A DNA stretch of 64,000 nucleotides, from IMG/VR virus record IMGVR_UViG_3300042546_000155, one strand, 5' to 3'. The notes below the pieces were generated by a model. That model was not told the origin of the DNA, ran no database searches, and worked only from the letters and a program-made list of their open reading frames with translations. This DNA comes from a virus. A program made the position numbers and the translations under genes. Shown here one piece after another: positions 31,311 to 39,636 of this stretch (the first letter of the stretch is position 1; every line of letters begins with the position of its first letter).

Positions 31311-33884
31311 ATGCTTAAGTCACAATCAATATCTTTTCAGTTGTTTAAGATATTGCCTATTCAGAAAAGAATGGATCTTGCTCAAAGTCCTGATGCAGGT
31401 GCAAGCCTTCTATCTGCATTGACTCCTACTCAATTTGCCGAGTTGTTCCCAAAGTATTATCAGAGAGCATTGCCTGATGTTGAAGGCTTTCAGTTAGCCG
31501 TAACAAAAAGAACTAGAGAGCAACAGCAAAAGGCCGACGGACAGTTACAAGAAAGATTGGCTAGCCTAGAATCAACCAACTCTGAATTAAGACAGGGTAT
31601 GGAAAAGCTAGGTGTAGCTAGAGCAAAAGAATTACCTAAGCTATCACCAGAGCAAGAGGCGGCATATAATACAATTAGAACGGCTGATGTTCCTGTTAAT
31701 TCCGAACAGGGTAAAATGTTTGCCTCTTTAGATAACGAAAAACTTGCCTCCGTGGGTATTACAAAGACCAAAAATGAAAAGGGTGAAGAGGTATTACATT
31801 ATACTGCTCCCGTCTCTACAAGAGAAGAGGCTGTTAGCAGACTGCAAACATCTGGCGGATCAGGTGCATCTATCGGCGAGCGCCTGGCGTTTTATAGACA
31901 ATATGCTGCATCAAAAGGTGTTGATCCTGACCTAGTAACGGGTATCGTTATGAGAGAAGGTGGTGGCACCAAGAATAGAATGCAAAGATGGGCAAACGAT
32001 GATCCATCGAAGTCTGGTAAGCCCGGTACTGCATATGGCGATTTCCAATTAAATGTTGGTACAACTGTTCACAGAATGGGAAATGATTTTCTCAAAAAAG
32101 GTATTCCAATGGATTCTGCACATTGGAAAGAACAAGGTATGTTCGCTATCGATCAGATTAAGAATGGTCGTGTTCATGAGTGGATGTCTGTTAAAGACAA
32201 CGGCGGCATTGAGAGAATTTCTCAGATAGGTTCCAATGAATGGAGAACCCACGCTTCTTCTGCTACACCTACAAAACCCGAAGGACCAAACGGACAATAT
32301 TCTGACAAGCAGATTGCAGAAATGATATCACAACTCAATCAAGAAAAAGATGCAGCACGCCGTCAGCAACTTGCCAATGTTCTACAGGGTCAAGGTGTTC
32401 AAGTTCCTCCAGGAGCTACATCATCTGGTGCTGCCCGTGTTCCTGGTAGCGTCATCGGCGGGTTCTATGGCGAATCTCAACAATGTGTGGCACTATCTAA
32501 GCACTTTGCGCCACAAGTAGGTCCTGCCTCTAGCTGGAAAATCAATTACGATTCTTCTGGCTCAGGTATCAAGCCTGGTTCTGTCATTGCTACTACATCA
32601 TATAACGATGGCTCTGGTGGTAAGATGGCTAGAACAATGCCTGATCATCGCAGCCACTATCATACAGGTATTGCTCTATCTGCACCAGATGCTCAAGGCA
32701 ATGTTCTTATTCTAGATCAGTCTGCCGGTCGTGCCGCACAGATTCATAAGGTAAACATTCACAACTATAATGGTGAGAAGTGGGGACTTGTGCCTGGTGG
32801 ACAGCCAACACCACGCTCAATGCAAGCCGTTCATATGGCTATGGGCAGTGCCAATGATATCGAGAAGACAGCTATTAGCGATTCACTAGCTGGCAAAGCA
32901 CCTACAGCACAATCAACCGCACCTGTTCAAGAGGTGAAGCAGGTAACAGAGGCAACTAATACTGTTCCTAAAACTACTGAGAAGCAAGACCCTACTCCTG
33001 TATCTAATGCACCTGCGGCTGATGCAAAACAGCAAGCACAGGAAGCAAACAAGACTGCCGTTGTTGAGAAGACAGAACAGGCTCAGCCTGCCACACAAGA
33101 TACAGCAAAGACGGCCGAAGTTGCTAAGCCTGCTGAAAAAGGTCCTAGTTCATACATGCTCAATAGAAATGAATTGATTTCTGCTATTAGAAACACCGAT
33201 GAATTTAAGAACACTTTTGGATCTTCACTTGCTACAGATAGCATGATCTATGAAGGCTTCTTTAATGATGCCCGCACTCAAAAGATTATGAAAGACACTG
33301 GATCAACATATGATGCTGCATCAGGCACAGTGAAGATTGGTGATTATAAGAAGCTACAGGAAGCCATGCCTGATATGAATGTCAGTAAGTTCCTCAAGCC
33401 ACTTAAGGGTGCTGCTAGAGGTGGTAACTTTAATGTTCCTGATGGTGGTCTAACCGCTTATCGTGCTATGGAAGGTAAAGACAATACTCTAGTTGTCGAT
33501 AAGAATCAAAAGCCACTATTCACTATGAATGATAAGGAAGCTGCATCTTTTGATCCTTCACAGAATAAAGTGAAGATTGATCCTAGCTTGAAAGCAAAAG
33601 GTGATATGAGAGGACAACAGCCTTCTCAAACGACTGGTGATAATTCAGAAGTCATGAATAGCATCAACTCACTTAGAAATGATATGATGGCGAGACTTAA
33701 CAGCACTCCAGCGCCTACACCAATGCAGATTAGACCTGGTATGTCGGACACAGGCAACATGATTAATAACTTGCATGATATGACTAGAACGCCATATCTG
33801 AACCCTGCATTTGAAAGAGCGGTCAGAACTGCAAATGATGGGCAGCCTTCAAATCACTTTAATTTCGGTAACAAAAACGGATAA
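31311..33884 (+). CDS. Tail-associated murein hydrolase (lysozyme-like plus Cys/His amidase-like domains), in the gp29/tape-measure position
   Basis: GVDPDLVTGIVMREGG...AYGDFQLN (transglycosylase-like) and QCVALSK...PGSVIAT...HTGI...ILDQ (CHAP/NlpC-P60-like). Confidence 0.6.
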   Translation: MLKSQSISFQLFKILPIQKRMDLAQSPDAGASLLSALTPTQFAELFPKYYQRALPDVEGFQLAVTKRTREQQQKADGQLQERLASLESTNSELRQGMEKLGVARAKELPKLSPEQEAAYNTIRTADVPVNSEQGKMFASLDNEKLASVGITKTKNEKGEEVLHYTAPVSTREEAVSRLQTSGGSGASIGERLAFYRQYAASKGVDPDLVTGIVMREGGGTKNRMQRWANDDPSKSGKPGTAYGDFQLNVGTTVHRMGNDFLKKGIPMDSAHWKEQGMFAIDQIKNGRVHEWMSVKDNGGIERISQIGSNEWRTHASSATPTKPEGPNGQYSDKQIAEMISQLNQEKDAARRQQLANVLQGQGVQVPPGATSSGAARVPGSVIGGFYGESQQCVALSKHFAPQVGPASSWKINYDSSGSGIKPGSVIATTSYNDGSGGKMARTMPDHRSHYHTGIALSAPDAQGNVLILDQSAGRAAQIHKVNIHNYNGEKWGLVPGGQPTPRSMQAVHMAMGSANDIEKTAISDSLAGKAPTAQSTAPVQEVKQVTEATNTVPKTTEKQDPTPVSNAPAADAKQQAQEANKTAVVEKTEQAQPATQDTAKTAEVAKPAEKGPSSYMLNRNELISAIRNTDEFKNTFGSSLATDSMIYEGFFNDARTQKIMKDTGSTYDAASGTVKIGDYKKLQEAMPDMNVSKFLKPLKGAARGGNFNVPDGGLTAYRAMEGKDNTLVVDKNQKPLFTMNDKEAASFDPSQNKVKIDPSLKAKGDMRGQQPSQTTGDNSEVMNSINSLRNDMMARLNSTPAPTPMQIRPGMSDTGNMINNLHDMTRTPYLNPAFERAVRTANDGQPSNHFNFGNKNG

Positions 33885-33909
33885 AAAAGGGGAGCATTTC
33901 TGCTCCCCT
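33883..33909 (-). terminator. Intrinsic terminator between convergent genes
   Basis: - strand AGGGGAGCA-GAAA-TGCTCCCCT-TTTTT. Confidence 0.85.
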
Positions 33910-33915
33910 GTATTA

Positions 33916-34866
33916 TCAGTCATCTACTAGATCACGGAACATCTTGAGGTCTTCATCTTCGTCCTCATCCGCAACTGGCGCAGGAGCCTTCTTGGCAACA
34001 GGCTTAGACTCGGTAAATGGAGTTTCTTCCACTTCCTCTTCAAAAGTATCTGCTACCTTACGACGAGCAACAGGGGCCTCACTAACACCACAAACATCAT
34101 CCAGCTTACGCTTTAGTTCCTCGTAAGTCTTGAAATGCTTGCGATCAACAATCTCCTTCAACGATGGCTCTGACTTCCAGATGTTCTCTAGCTCGGAGTC
34201 ATCATCAGATAGAGGAGCAGGTGCTAGGAATACAGACTCATCATAGTTGGGGAAGCTAACATTGCGTCCACCAATATTGACATTCTGACGAGTCATCTTC
34301 AACTTGAAGTTAGCGCCATTCCAAAGATCAAATGGATTGACCTTCTGTTCGGACTCAAGATCAGGATTCATCATCTTAGTGATCTTATCAAAGATTTTCT
34401 TACCAAACTTGAAATAGAAAATCTTACCTTCTGCACCCTTGTTCTGTGGGTCATTGATAACCTGAATGACAGAAACATAATGCAGACGGCGCTTCTGATC
34501 ACGAGCCTGCTTACGCTCTGGTGCATTCTCATCCTGTGTTGAGTTCCAGAGTTTTGAGTTATACTCAGAAACAGGATCCTTCTCATCAAAGGTCGTTAGT
34601 GACTTCTCAATATACCACTTACCGGTAGCCTTGTTCTGAAAGCCGTGATCCCAGTAACGAACCCAGGGAAGAGCATCGTCACCATCGACGGCAGGACCGG
34701 GAAGGAAACGAATAACAGCAAGTGCATTGCCTGACTTGTCTGGAGTTGGCTTCCAATAAAGATCGGTTGTGTCGTCTTTTTCGTATGTGGGGTTATTGAG
34801 CTTGTCCACTTCCTTGAGGAGATTGTCGAAGGACTTGGACTGTTTCTTGAGGTTTGCAAAATTCAT
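33916..34866 (-). CDS. gp32: Single-stranded DNA-binding protein
   Basis: GNALAVIRFLP, WYIEKSLTT, FGKKIFDKI, NPFDLWNGANFKLK, NYDES; acidic tail. Confidence 0.95.
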   Translation of the reverse strand: MNFANLKKQSKSFDNLLKEVDKLNNPTYEKDDTTDLYWKPTPDKSGNALAVIRFLPGPAVDGDDALPWVRYWDHGFQNKATGKWYIEKSLTTFDEKDPVSEYNSKLWNSTQDENAPERKQARDQKRRLHYVSVIQVINDPQNKGAEGKIFYFKFGKKIFDKITKMMNPDLESEQKVNPFDLWNGANFKLKMTRQNVNIGGRNVSFPNYDESVFLAPAPLSDDDSELENIWKSEPSLKEIVDRKHFKTYEELKRKLDDVCGVSEAPVARRKVADTFEEEVEETPFTESKPVAKKAPAPVADEDEDEDLKMFRDLVDD

Positions 34867-34929
34867 TGTATGTTCCTTGTATTAGCGTTGTATAGTTTCT
34901 TATCCACATTATCATCATATAAGAAGTGT

Positions 34930-34958
34930 ATTGTAACAGAACAATCTCGTCCTGTCAA
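34930..34958 (-). promoter_or_regulatory. sigma70-type promoter for gp32
   Basis: TTGACA-17 bp-TACAAT with extended TG. Confidence 0.75.
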
Positions 34959-34969
34959 GTGGTATTTAG

Positions 34970-35281
34970 TCACCACTCCATGCGAGGATCATTTAGATCC
35001 TCCCATTCCCATTTGCCGATAGAGTCTCGGTTTGTCTGCTCAACTGCGGAGCATTCAAAGCGAATCTCTTGCCATGTCTTATCTCCCCATACACGGCGAG
35101 GATTACCACACCAAATACATCCAGATACACCACAATCCATTGCATCCATCTTATGAAAGCGATGTGGCTGAATAGTATCTCCATACTTATTGAACCAGTA
35201 TGATGACTTTTTCACCTTGACTTGTCTATCGATGTGTCGCTTCTTTTGTTGAAATCTTTTCTGTCTCTTTTCTTTACTCAT
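34970..35281 (-). CDS. Hypothetical basic protein with Cys cluster
   Basis: CG..GC..CGNPRR motif. Confidence 0.65.
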   Translation of the reverse strand: MSKEKRQKRFQQKKRHIDRQVKVKKSSYWFNKYGDTIQPHRFHKMDAMDCGVSGCIWCGNPRRVWGDKTWQEIRFECSAVEQTNRDSIGKWEWEDLNDPRMEW

Positions 35282-35459
35282 TCAGGATAATCTCCAAGAA
35301 GTATTCTGTTTCTTCGTTTGGCAGATAACTTAGACCATTCTCCCTTTCATATATTTCAATCTGTGAAACTCTCACACCGTCATACTTATAGAAGACTTCG
35401 TATTGTCCATCGACCCAAGCTTTTAGGATATCAGATGCGTTTCCCTCTAGTGTTTTCAT
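35274..35459 (-). CDS. Hypothetical protein
   Basis: 61 aa, GGAGAAGG upstream, overlaps neighbours. Confidence 0.5.
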   Translation of the reverse strand: MKTLEGNASDILKAWVDGQYEVFYKYDGVRVSQIEIYERENGLSYLPNEETEYFLEIILNE

Positions 35460-36048
35460 CGACCTTCTCCTTCAGTATGTGTTTGAATTTCTCCTTATCA
35501 TACTTTAGAAATGGTCTATACTTTTTCACCTTGAGTGAAACCTTAGGCCAAATCACATCATTGTCATAGTATTTATCAAACTTATCAGCATATCCTGTGA
35601 AGTCATTTAGAATTGTCATCGTCTCAATTGAGATTGACTTGCGTAGAAATAGAATCACAATATCTGGATATCTATCATTACTCACATTGAAGGACACTCT
35701 CGGATCATCTTCTTTGAAGACCTTTTGTATGTCATCGGCAAAGAGATAAGACAAACTCTGTCTCCGTCTTGTATAGGCAGTATGAACATCATTTGCTTCT
35801 TCGCTTGCAAACTCTAATATGTAATGCTTGTCATCTAGAAGATTGGCAACATAGTGATCACGCAATTCTTCTGCATTGTATTCTTTGGCTAGTTTCTCAT
35901 AGAACCATTTGTCATTTCGTTTTAGATATGACTCCTTGTTTGCACGGAGTTTACCGTTCATTTGAAAGAAGTCATACTTTTGACTGGTGAAATGAGTCCT
36001 AAGTGCCAAGAATAGCAAATAGGACCCATAGCCTGTGAAATGTTTCAT
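35431..36048 (-). CDS. gp59: Helicase loader
   Basis: YLLFLALRTHFT..KYDFF...GK...KRND..FYEKL; ISIETM.IL; KKYRPFL; next to gp32. Confidence 0.85.
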   Translation of the reverse strand: MKHFTGYGSYLLFLALRTHFTSQKYDFFQMNGKLRANKESYLKRNDKWFYEKLAKEYNAEELRDHYVANLLDDKHYILEFASEEANDVHTAYTRRRQSLSYLFADDIQKVFKEDDPRVSFNVSNDRYPDIVILFLRKSISIETMTILNDFTGYADKFDKYYDNDVIWPKVSLKVKKYRPFLKYDKEKFKHILKEKVDENTRGKRI

Positions 36049-36881
36049 CGAGTCTGTAGGTAAGGATCAATGTTCATTACTTCATCAACGGTCTGTGCTA
36101 CGAAACCTTGGGACTGCTGCTGCATTGGAGGAAGACCATATGAGTCTAACATCTTGGCTGCCATTTCTTCTTTTATCTTATTATAAGAATCCTTGATCAT
36201 ATCAGATGTGAGACCTCTTAGATTTGAATACGGCTCATTAGGTGTTTCTAACACCCAACCTTCATTGAGGAACTTGTTCTTACGGTATATCTGATTTGGG
36301 TGTTCAAGTTGTTTATGGTTCCACTTGAGGACCTTATTCTTGATACAGTCAAAGGTCTCACGGTTGATATAGAGTTTATCCTCTAGAGGATCATATGACA
36401 CCTTGCAATGCTTATAATCAAAGTGTGCTAGTAGTTCCTCACGAGTCTGATACTTGGTGAGAATATACTGTGCCTGCGTTCTATGATTATTGATCACATC
36501 AACAATGTTTGTATTGTGCATATAAGACATCATTTCGGAACGTGACCATTCCGTGTCTGCAAAAGGAACATCATCAAAGATTGAATTGATAGGTGTGATA
36601 GGATTGTAGGCGGCCGCCATTGCCTTTTTCGCCGCTTCTTCTCTTTCACTCTGCTTCTTGAAACCTTCTGTCAGGTGGTTATAAACACCAACATCATTAT
36701 TCAATACAAAGATATCAATGTCCTTGAACTTAATATTCTTTAGGACATTTGTAAAGAATCCACCAGCAATCACAACATTATTGCCATACAGACCCGATAA
36801 GAGATTTCGTGTTTTGATTAGAGATTTGATTGCTCTTTTGGATTCTTCAATATCATACTTTTCATTATCACTAAACATCAT
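36045..36881 (-). CDS. Nucleotidyltransferase-superfamily protein (CCA/poly(A) polymerase head-like)
   Basis: IAGGFF...KDIDIFV (GG...DxD) and FDY.HC motifs. Confidence 0.55.
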   Translation of the reverse strand: MMFSDNEKYDIEESKRAIKSLIKTRNLLSGLYGNNVVIAGGFFTNVLKNIKFKDIDIFVLNNDVGVYNHLTEGFKKQSEREEAAKKAMAAAYNPITPINSIFDDVPFADTEWSRSEMMSYMHNTNIVDVINNHRTQAQYILTKYQTREELLAHFDYKHCKVSYDPLEDKLYINRETFDCIKNKVLKWNHKQLEHPNQIYRKNKFLNEGWVLETPNEPYSNLRGLTSDMIKDSYNKIKEEMAAKMLDSYGLPPMQQQSQGFVAQTVDEVMNIDPYLQTR

Positions 36882-36890
36882 GTCACCATA

Positions 36891-37115
36891 TTAAAGAGGG
36901 AGTTGGGAGGTATCCGATTTCTTGAGGAAGTGTAGATTTTCGGCTTCTAGTTTGATTTTGGATTTAAGAACACCAGAGACTAACTTAGCGGCTACTTCTA
37001 CCTCAAAACCGTTTTCGTCGCAATACATACAGATTGCATCGATATAAGGTATGTCTTTCATATAGACCATTTCTTCAATGGCCATAGAAAAGCGATTGAT
37101 ATCTTCGGCGTTCAT
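36891..37115 (-). CDS. gp33: Late promoter transcription co-activator
   Basis: Start MNAEDI at 37115; F...IE..V......YIDAI..YC..N..EVE..AKL.S..LK.KI..EA..L.FL. Confidence 0.85.
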   Translation of the reverse strand: MNAEDINRFSMAIEEMVYMKDIPYIDAICMYCDENGFEVEVAAKLVSGVLKSKIKLEAENLHFLKKSDTSQLPL

Positions 37116-37306
37116 ACAAACATACCAAAGATGCCAGAGAGAAGGGAGATTGTGATAGCAGAGGCGATAGTGATTTCGATTACTCCTGTTGCCCAATAAC
37201 CAAGAATAGAACCTAGAAACAAACCAGCGAAGGCACAGATATAGACATTGGTGCTTAGAGCAAAGTTAAACTCACGCATACCAGTGTATTTGTCTTTCTC
37301 ACTCAT
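37112..37306 (-). CDS. Small membrane protein
   Basis: Two hydrophobic segments; AAAGGA SD. Confidence 0.6.
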   Translation of the reverse strand: MSEKDKYTGMREFNFALSTNVYICAFAGLFLGSILGYWATGVIEITIASAITISLLSGIFGMFV

Positions 37307-37324
37307 AATATAATCCTTTCATGA

Positions 37325-37477
37325 AAGCGGGCCCGTTCTGTTTCGAGGTGGAGCCCATACCCAAAGGATTACGCTGCTAGAGCGAAAGCCTCATATGCAT
37401 TGTTGTCGTTTGCATTTACGATTTGCTTTCGATCTCCTTACGACCTTACTGAATCCTGTCGAACCTGAATCCGGCCC
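37325..37477 (-). ncRNA. ssrA: Two-piece tmRNA, coding piece
   Basis: Begins GGGCCGG-ATTCAGGTTCGAC. Tag frame 37413..37369 after TAAAT encodes ANDNNAYEAFALAA*. 3' end approximate. Confidence 0.92.
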
Positions 37478-37478
37478 A

Positions 37479-37913
37479 TCATAAAGAAACATGAGGATTG
37501 GTTTTCTTCATTACAGATTTCAATCTGCCTCTCCACCATCCTACAGGATGTTCATTCAAAGAAAACTGACCTTCAGCGTAGCCATCATTGAACCAATATC
37601 TTTGAGTTCTAATCTTACGACCATCAGTTCCCGTAGGATACTTTCTCTCTTTCTTTGAATGGTTTGCCCATCTAAGAGTGTTCGTAAGTTCTGCTCCTTT
37701 TTTGGCGCCTTCATTGATTGCGATAAAAGAACATTCATCGGAAGTTAGTAATCCCAACAAACCTTTCCAAGCAATCAAATCTTGCCAGTGTCCATGTTCC
37801 TCATATAGTTTCTTATGCGCTTCGGCATGTTCCTCTATAGTGAGTTCAACGATATTTTCTGGTTCATCATTCCCACCCATATGTTTAGGAATGATATGGT
37901 GCTTATGTTTCAT
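37479..37913 (-). CDS. HNH homing endonuclease inside the tmRNA intervening segment
   Basis: HKHHIIPKHMGG.D...N.VELT.EEHAEAH motif; C-terminal WFNDG...GW.RGR DNA-binding-type repeat; AGGAGA SD. Confidence 0.85.
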   Translation of the reverse strand: MKHKHHIIPKHMGGNDEPENIVELTIEEHAEAHKKLYEEHGHWQDLIAWKGLLGLLTSDECSFIAINEGAKKGAELTNTLRWANHSKKERKYPTGTDGRKIRTQRYWFNDGYAEGQFSLNEHPVGWWRGRLKSVMKKTNPHVSL

Positions 37914-37918
37914 AATAA

Positions 37919-37953
37919 TCTCCTGTCGATATTACTATTTATAAATCGACAAG
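37919..37953 (-). promoter_or_regulatory. Late promoter TATAAATA in the loop of an RBS-sequestering hairpin
   Basis: CTTGTCGAT-TTATAAATAGTAAT-ATCGACAGG-AGA; the 3' arm overlaps the SD. Confidence 0.75.
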
Positions 37954-37969
37954 TTTTCACATTTCCTTA

Positions 37970-38038
37970 TGGTGGACCGGGTGGGAACTGCCCCCACGTC
38001 CAAGAAGCCTATATTCCGTCTCTCAACGATCTAAGCAT
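37970..38038 (-). ncRNA. ssrA: Two-piece tmRNA, acceptor piece
   Basis: GAC-GTGGG-GGCAGTT-CCCAC-CCGGTCC-A-CCA. Pairs with GGGCCGG to give G3.U70. 5' TGCTT/GATC pair with AAGCA/GATC of the coding piece. Confidence 0.92.
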
Positions 38039-38040
38039 AT

Positions 38041-38048
38041 TATTTATA
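38041..38048 (-). promoter_or_regulatory. T4-type late promoter for pre-tmRNA
   Basis: TATAAATA immediately upstream of the acceptor piece. Confidence 0.7.
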
Positions 38049-38073
38049 ACATACGGTGAGTTTTTTGTCAAGA

Positions 38074-38388
38074 CTAAAGTGGTGCAAAAGTTTTATTATG
38101 TCCGTCTATTGATAGAGTTATGGAACGGACATAGCCACACTCTTTGGTTCCAGGAATGGAGAACTCACCGCTACCATGCCTGTGAAATGAAGGAGCATTA
38201 CACTCACCACCATTAATACTAGCCAACGAAACATCAATCACCTTCTTCGCTTTACAGTGGATGATATGACTATCACTAACTTTCTTTTCACATGAAACAT
38301 CTTCTGACGCCAATGCTGGTGTGTTACTCAGTATCAAGAGTATTTTCAAAATCCTCAATGAGAGGGACCGGGGGTTCTTTAGTTGCAT
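38074..38388 (-). CDS. Putative exported Cys-containing protein (start uncertain)
   Basis: Hydrophobic stretch plus ALA cleavage-like site; four Cys. Confidence 0.5.
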   Translation of the reverse strand: MQLKNPRSLSLRILKILLILSNTPALASEDVSCEKKVSDSHIIHCKAKKVIDVSLASINGGECNAPSFHRHGSGEFSIPGTKECGYVRSITLSIDGHNKTFAPL

Positions 38389-38494
38389 GGCTTACTAGTC
38401 GTGTCCCGTATAATGCACTCACCGACGGTCGCCACCAGACAACCAGACAAGCCCAAACTAAGAAACACCAATGCGATTGCTAGATATACTTTCT

Positions 38495-38698
38495 TCATTT
38501 GAATACCTCCCAAAACTGGTTCATTGCCTTTTCGTAACCGGCAATCATTTCTTTTGCTTCTTTTAATGTATCACACATCTTCAATAGTTTGACACCTTGC
38601 GGATCATTTTCCATATACGCAAATTGACCTGTATATGTCATTGCACAGACCACCTTACGATCATCGGAATGAAAAACTGTATCGCTCAACCGTTTCAT
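38495..38698 (-). CDS. Hypothetical protein
   Basis: 67 aa, ATGA-coupled to the upstream ORF. Confidence 0.55.
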   Translation of the reverse strand: MKRLSDTVFHSDDRKVVCAMTYTGQFAYMENDPQGVKLLKMCDTLKEAKEMIAGYEKAMNQFWEVFK

Positions 38699-38823
38699 TT
38701 ATACACCCTTTCTACATGTCCACATCGTTTACATCGTTTCCAATGATCTATAGGATTGCTCTTAAGAAAAGGTTCAACCCTATAATAGTTATGACCAAAG
38801 ATTTTGCAAAACCATTTTATCAT
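38695..38823 (-). CDS. Small Zn-binding-type phage protein (DUF1660-like), 42 aa, not in ORF track
   Basis: MIKWFCKIFGHNY...RCKRCGHV. Confidence 0.5.
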   Translation of the reverse strand: MIKWFCKIFGHNYYRVEPFLKSNPIDHWKRCKRCGHVERVYK

Positions 38824-38962
38824 TCAAATCTTTCTTTGCTTCTTTTGTTCGCTCCTTATCTCTAAGGTCTCGAACGACACAACATTTACATGATAAGAGT
38901 TTATACTTTTTGCCTTTGAGGTTAGTCTGACCCGCTACGTTTCCAATATGCAAAGATTTCAT
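38789..38962 (-). CDS. Hypothetical protein, 57 aa, not in ORF track
   Basis: MKSLHIGNVAGQTNLKGKKYKLLSCKCC...; ATGA-coupled to the exonuclease. Confidence 0.45.
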   Translation of the reverse strand: MKSLHIGNVAGQTNLKGKKYKLLSCKCCVVRDLRDKERTKEAKKDLNDKMVLQNLWS

Positions 38963-39636
38963 ATTGCAGTTTCCTCTCTAAACTGTTTCACCTTTCGTGC
39001 TAACTCTGGAATATAATCCCTGCGATTGCGCACGAACACTTGAGGTGATTCGTGATCGACGGAGATTAATACCACAATTTGCTTGCACTGGATGCCTGTC
39101 ATTTCTTCATACATCAAAGAGTAACAGGTACATTGTTCAAAGTAGTTTAGAATCCATTCTTCCTTCTTAGGCTTTAAAGATGTTTTAAAGTCAATAATAG
39201 AAGGGACGCCATCAAACTCGGCAATACAATCCACCTGACCAGCAAGACCAAGAATTTCACTATAAAGCATAGTTTCCAAGTAATGGACATTATCAATCCT
39301 GTCAATAGTAGGTCTGATATCCAGAAATGCATGTTGCATGTCTGGCATTACATCTTCTTCGGTGAGAAACCCTTTCTCGTTAGATATATAAGATTCCATA
39401 AGAGAATGGAATTTTGTACCTCGGCGGCTTGCTCGTGCCGAGATTTTGTTCGCTTCTTCTTCGCCGACTTTCTTTCTCCACTTTTGGATCGAGTCACCTT
39501 TGAAATGAGATAGAAAAGTAGTAACCGACGGGAGTTTAACACCATTTGGCGAGACATAATATCGTTTTCCATTATATTCTTCTCTTTTCAGATTCACTAA
39601 CACTGGGTCATTGTTTATATGTGTAAATGTTTTCAA
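38959..39636 (-). CDS. PD-(D/E)XK exonuclease (T4-like phage type)
   Basis: PSVTT, RGTKFH, AGQVDCIAE.DG...IIDFKTS, Q...Y. Confidence 0.85.
   Translation of the reverse strand: MKTFTHINNDPVLVNLKREEYNGKRYYVSPNGVKLPSVTTFLSHFKGDSIQKWRKKVGEEEANKISARASRRGTKFHSLMESYISNEKGFLTEEDVMPDMQHAFLDIRPTIDRIDNVHYLETMLYSEILGLAGQVDCIAEFDGVPSIIDFKTSLKPKKEEWILNYFEQCTCYSLMYEEMTGIQCKQIVVLISVDHESPQVFVRNRRDYIPELARKVKQFREETAI

Noticed and set aside
28955-33884. Strand switch as an inversion or mobile element
   Set aside because: These are core baseplate genes. Opposite orientation of such blocks is usual in T4-like genomes, and no recombinase or flanking repeats were seen.
37478-37969. Group I intron as the carrier of the HNH gene
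   Set aside because: The ORF takes 435 of the 492 nt and the rest is promoter/RBS, leaving no room for a ribozyme core. The flanks are mature tmRNA ends, not exon halves.
37970-38005. tRNA-Ala gene or integration-site remnant
   Set aside because: There is no anticodon arm or contiguous 5' half; the matching 5' strand lies downstream with a tag frame, which fits a permuted tmRNA.
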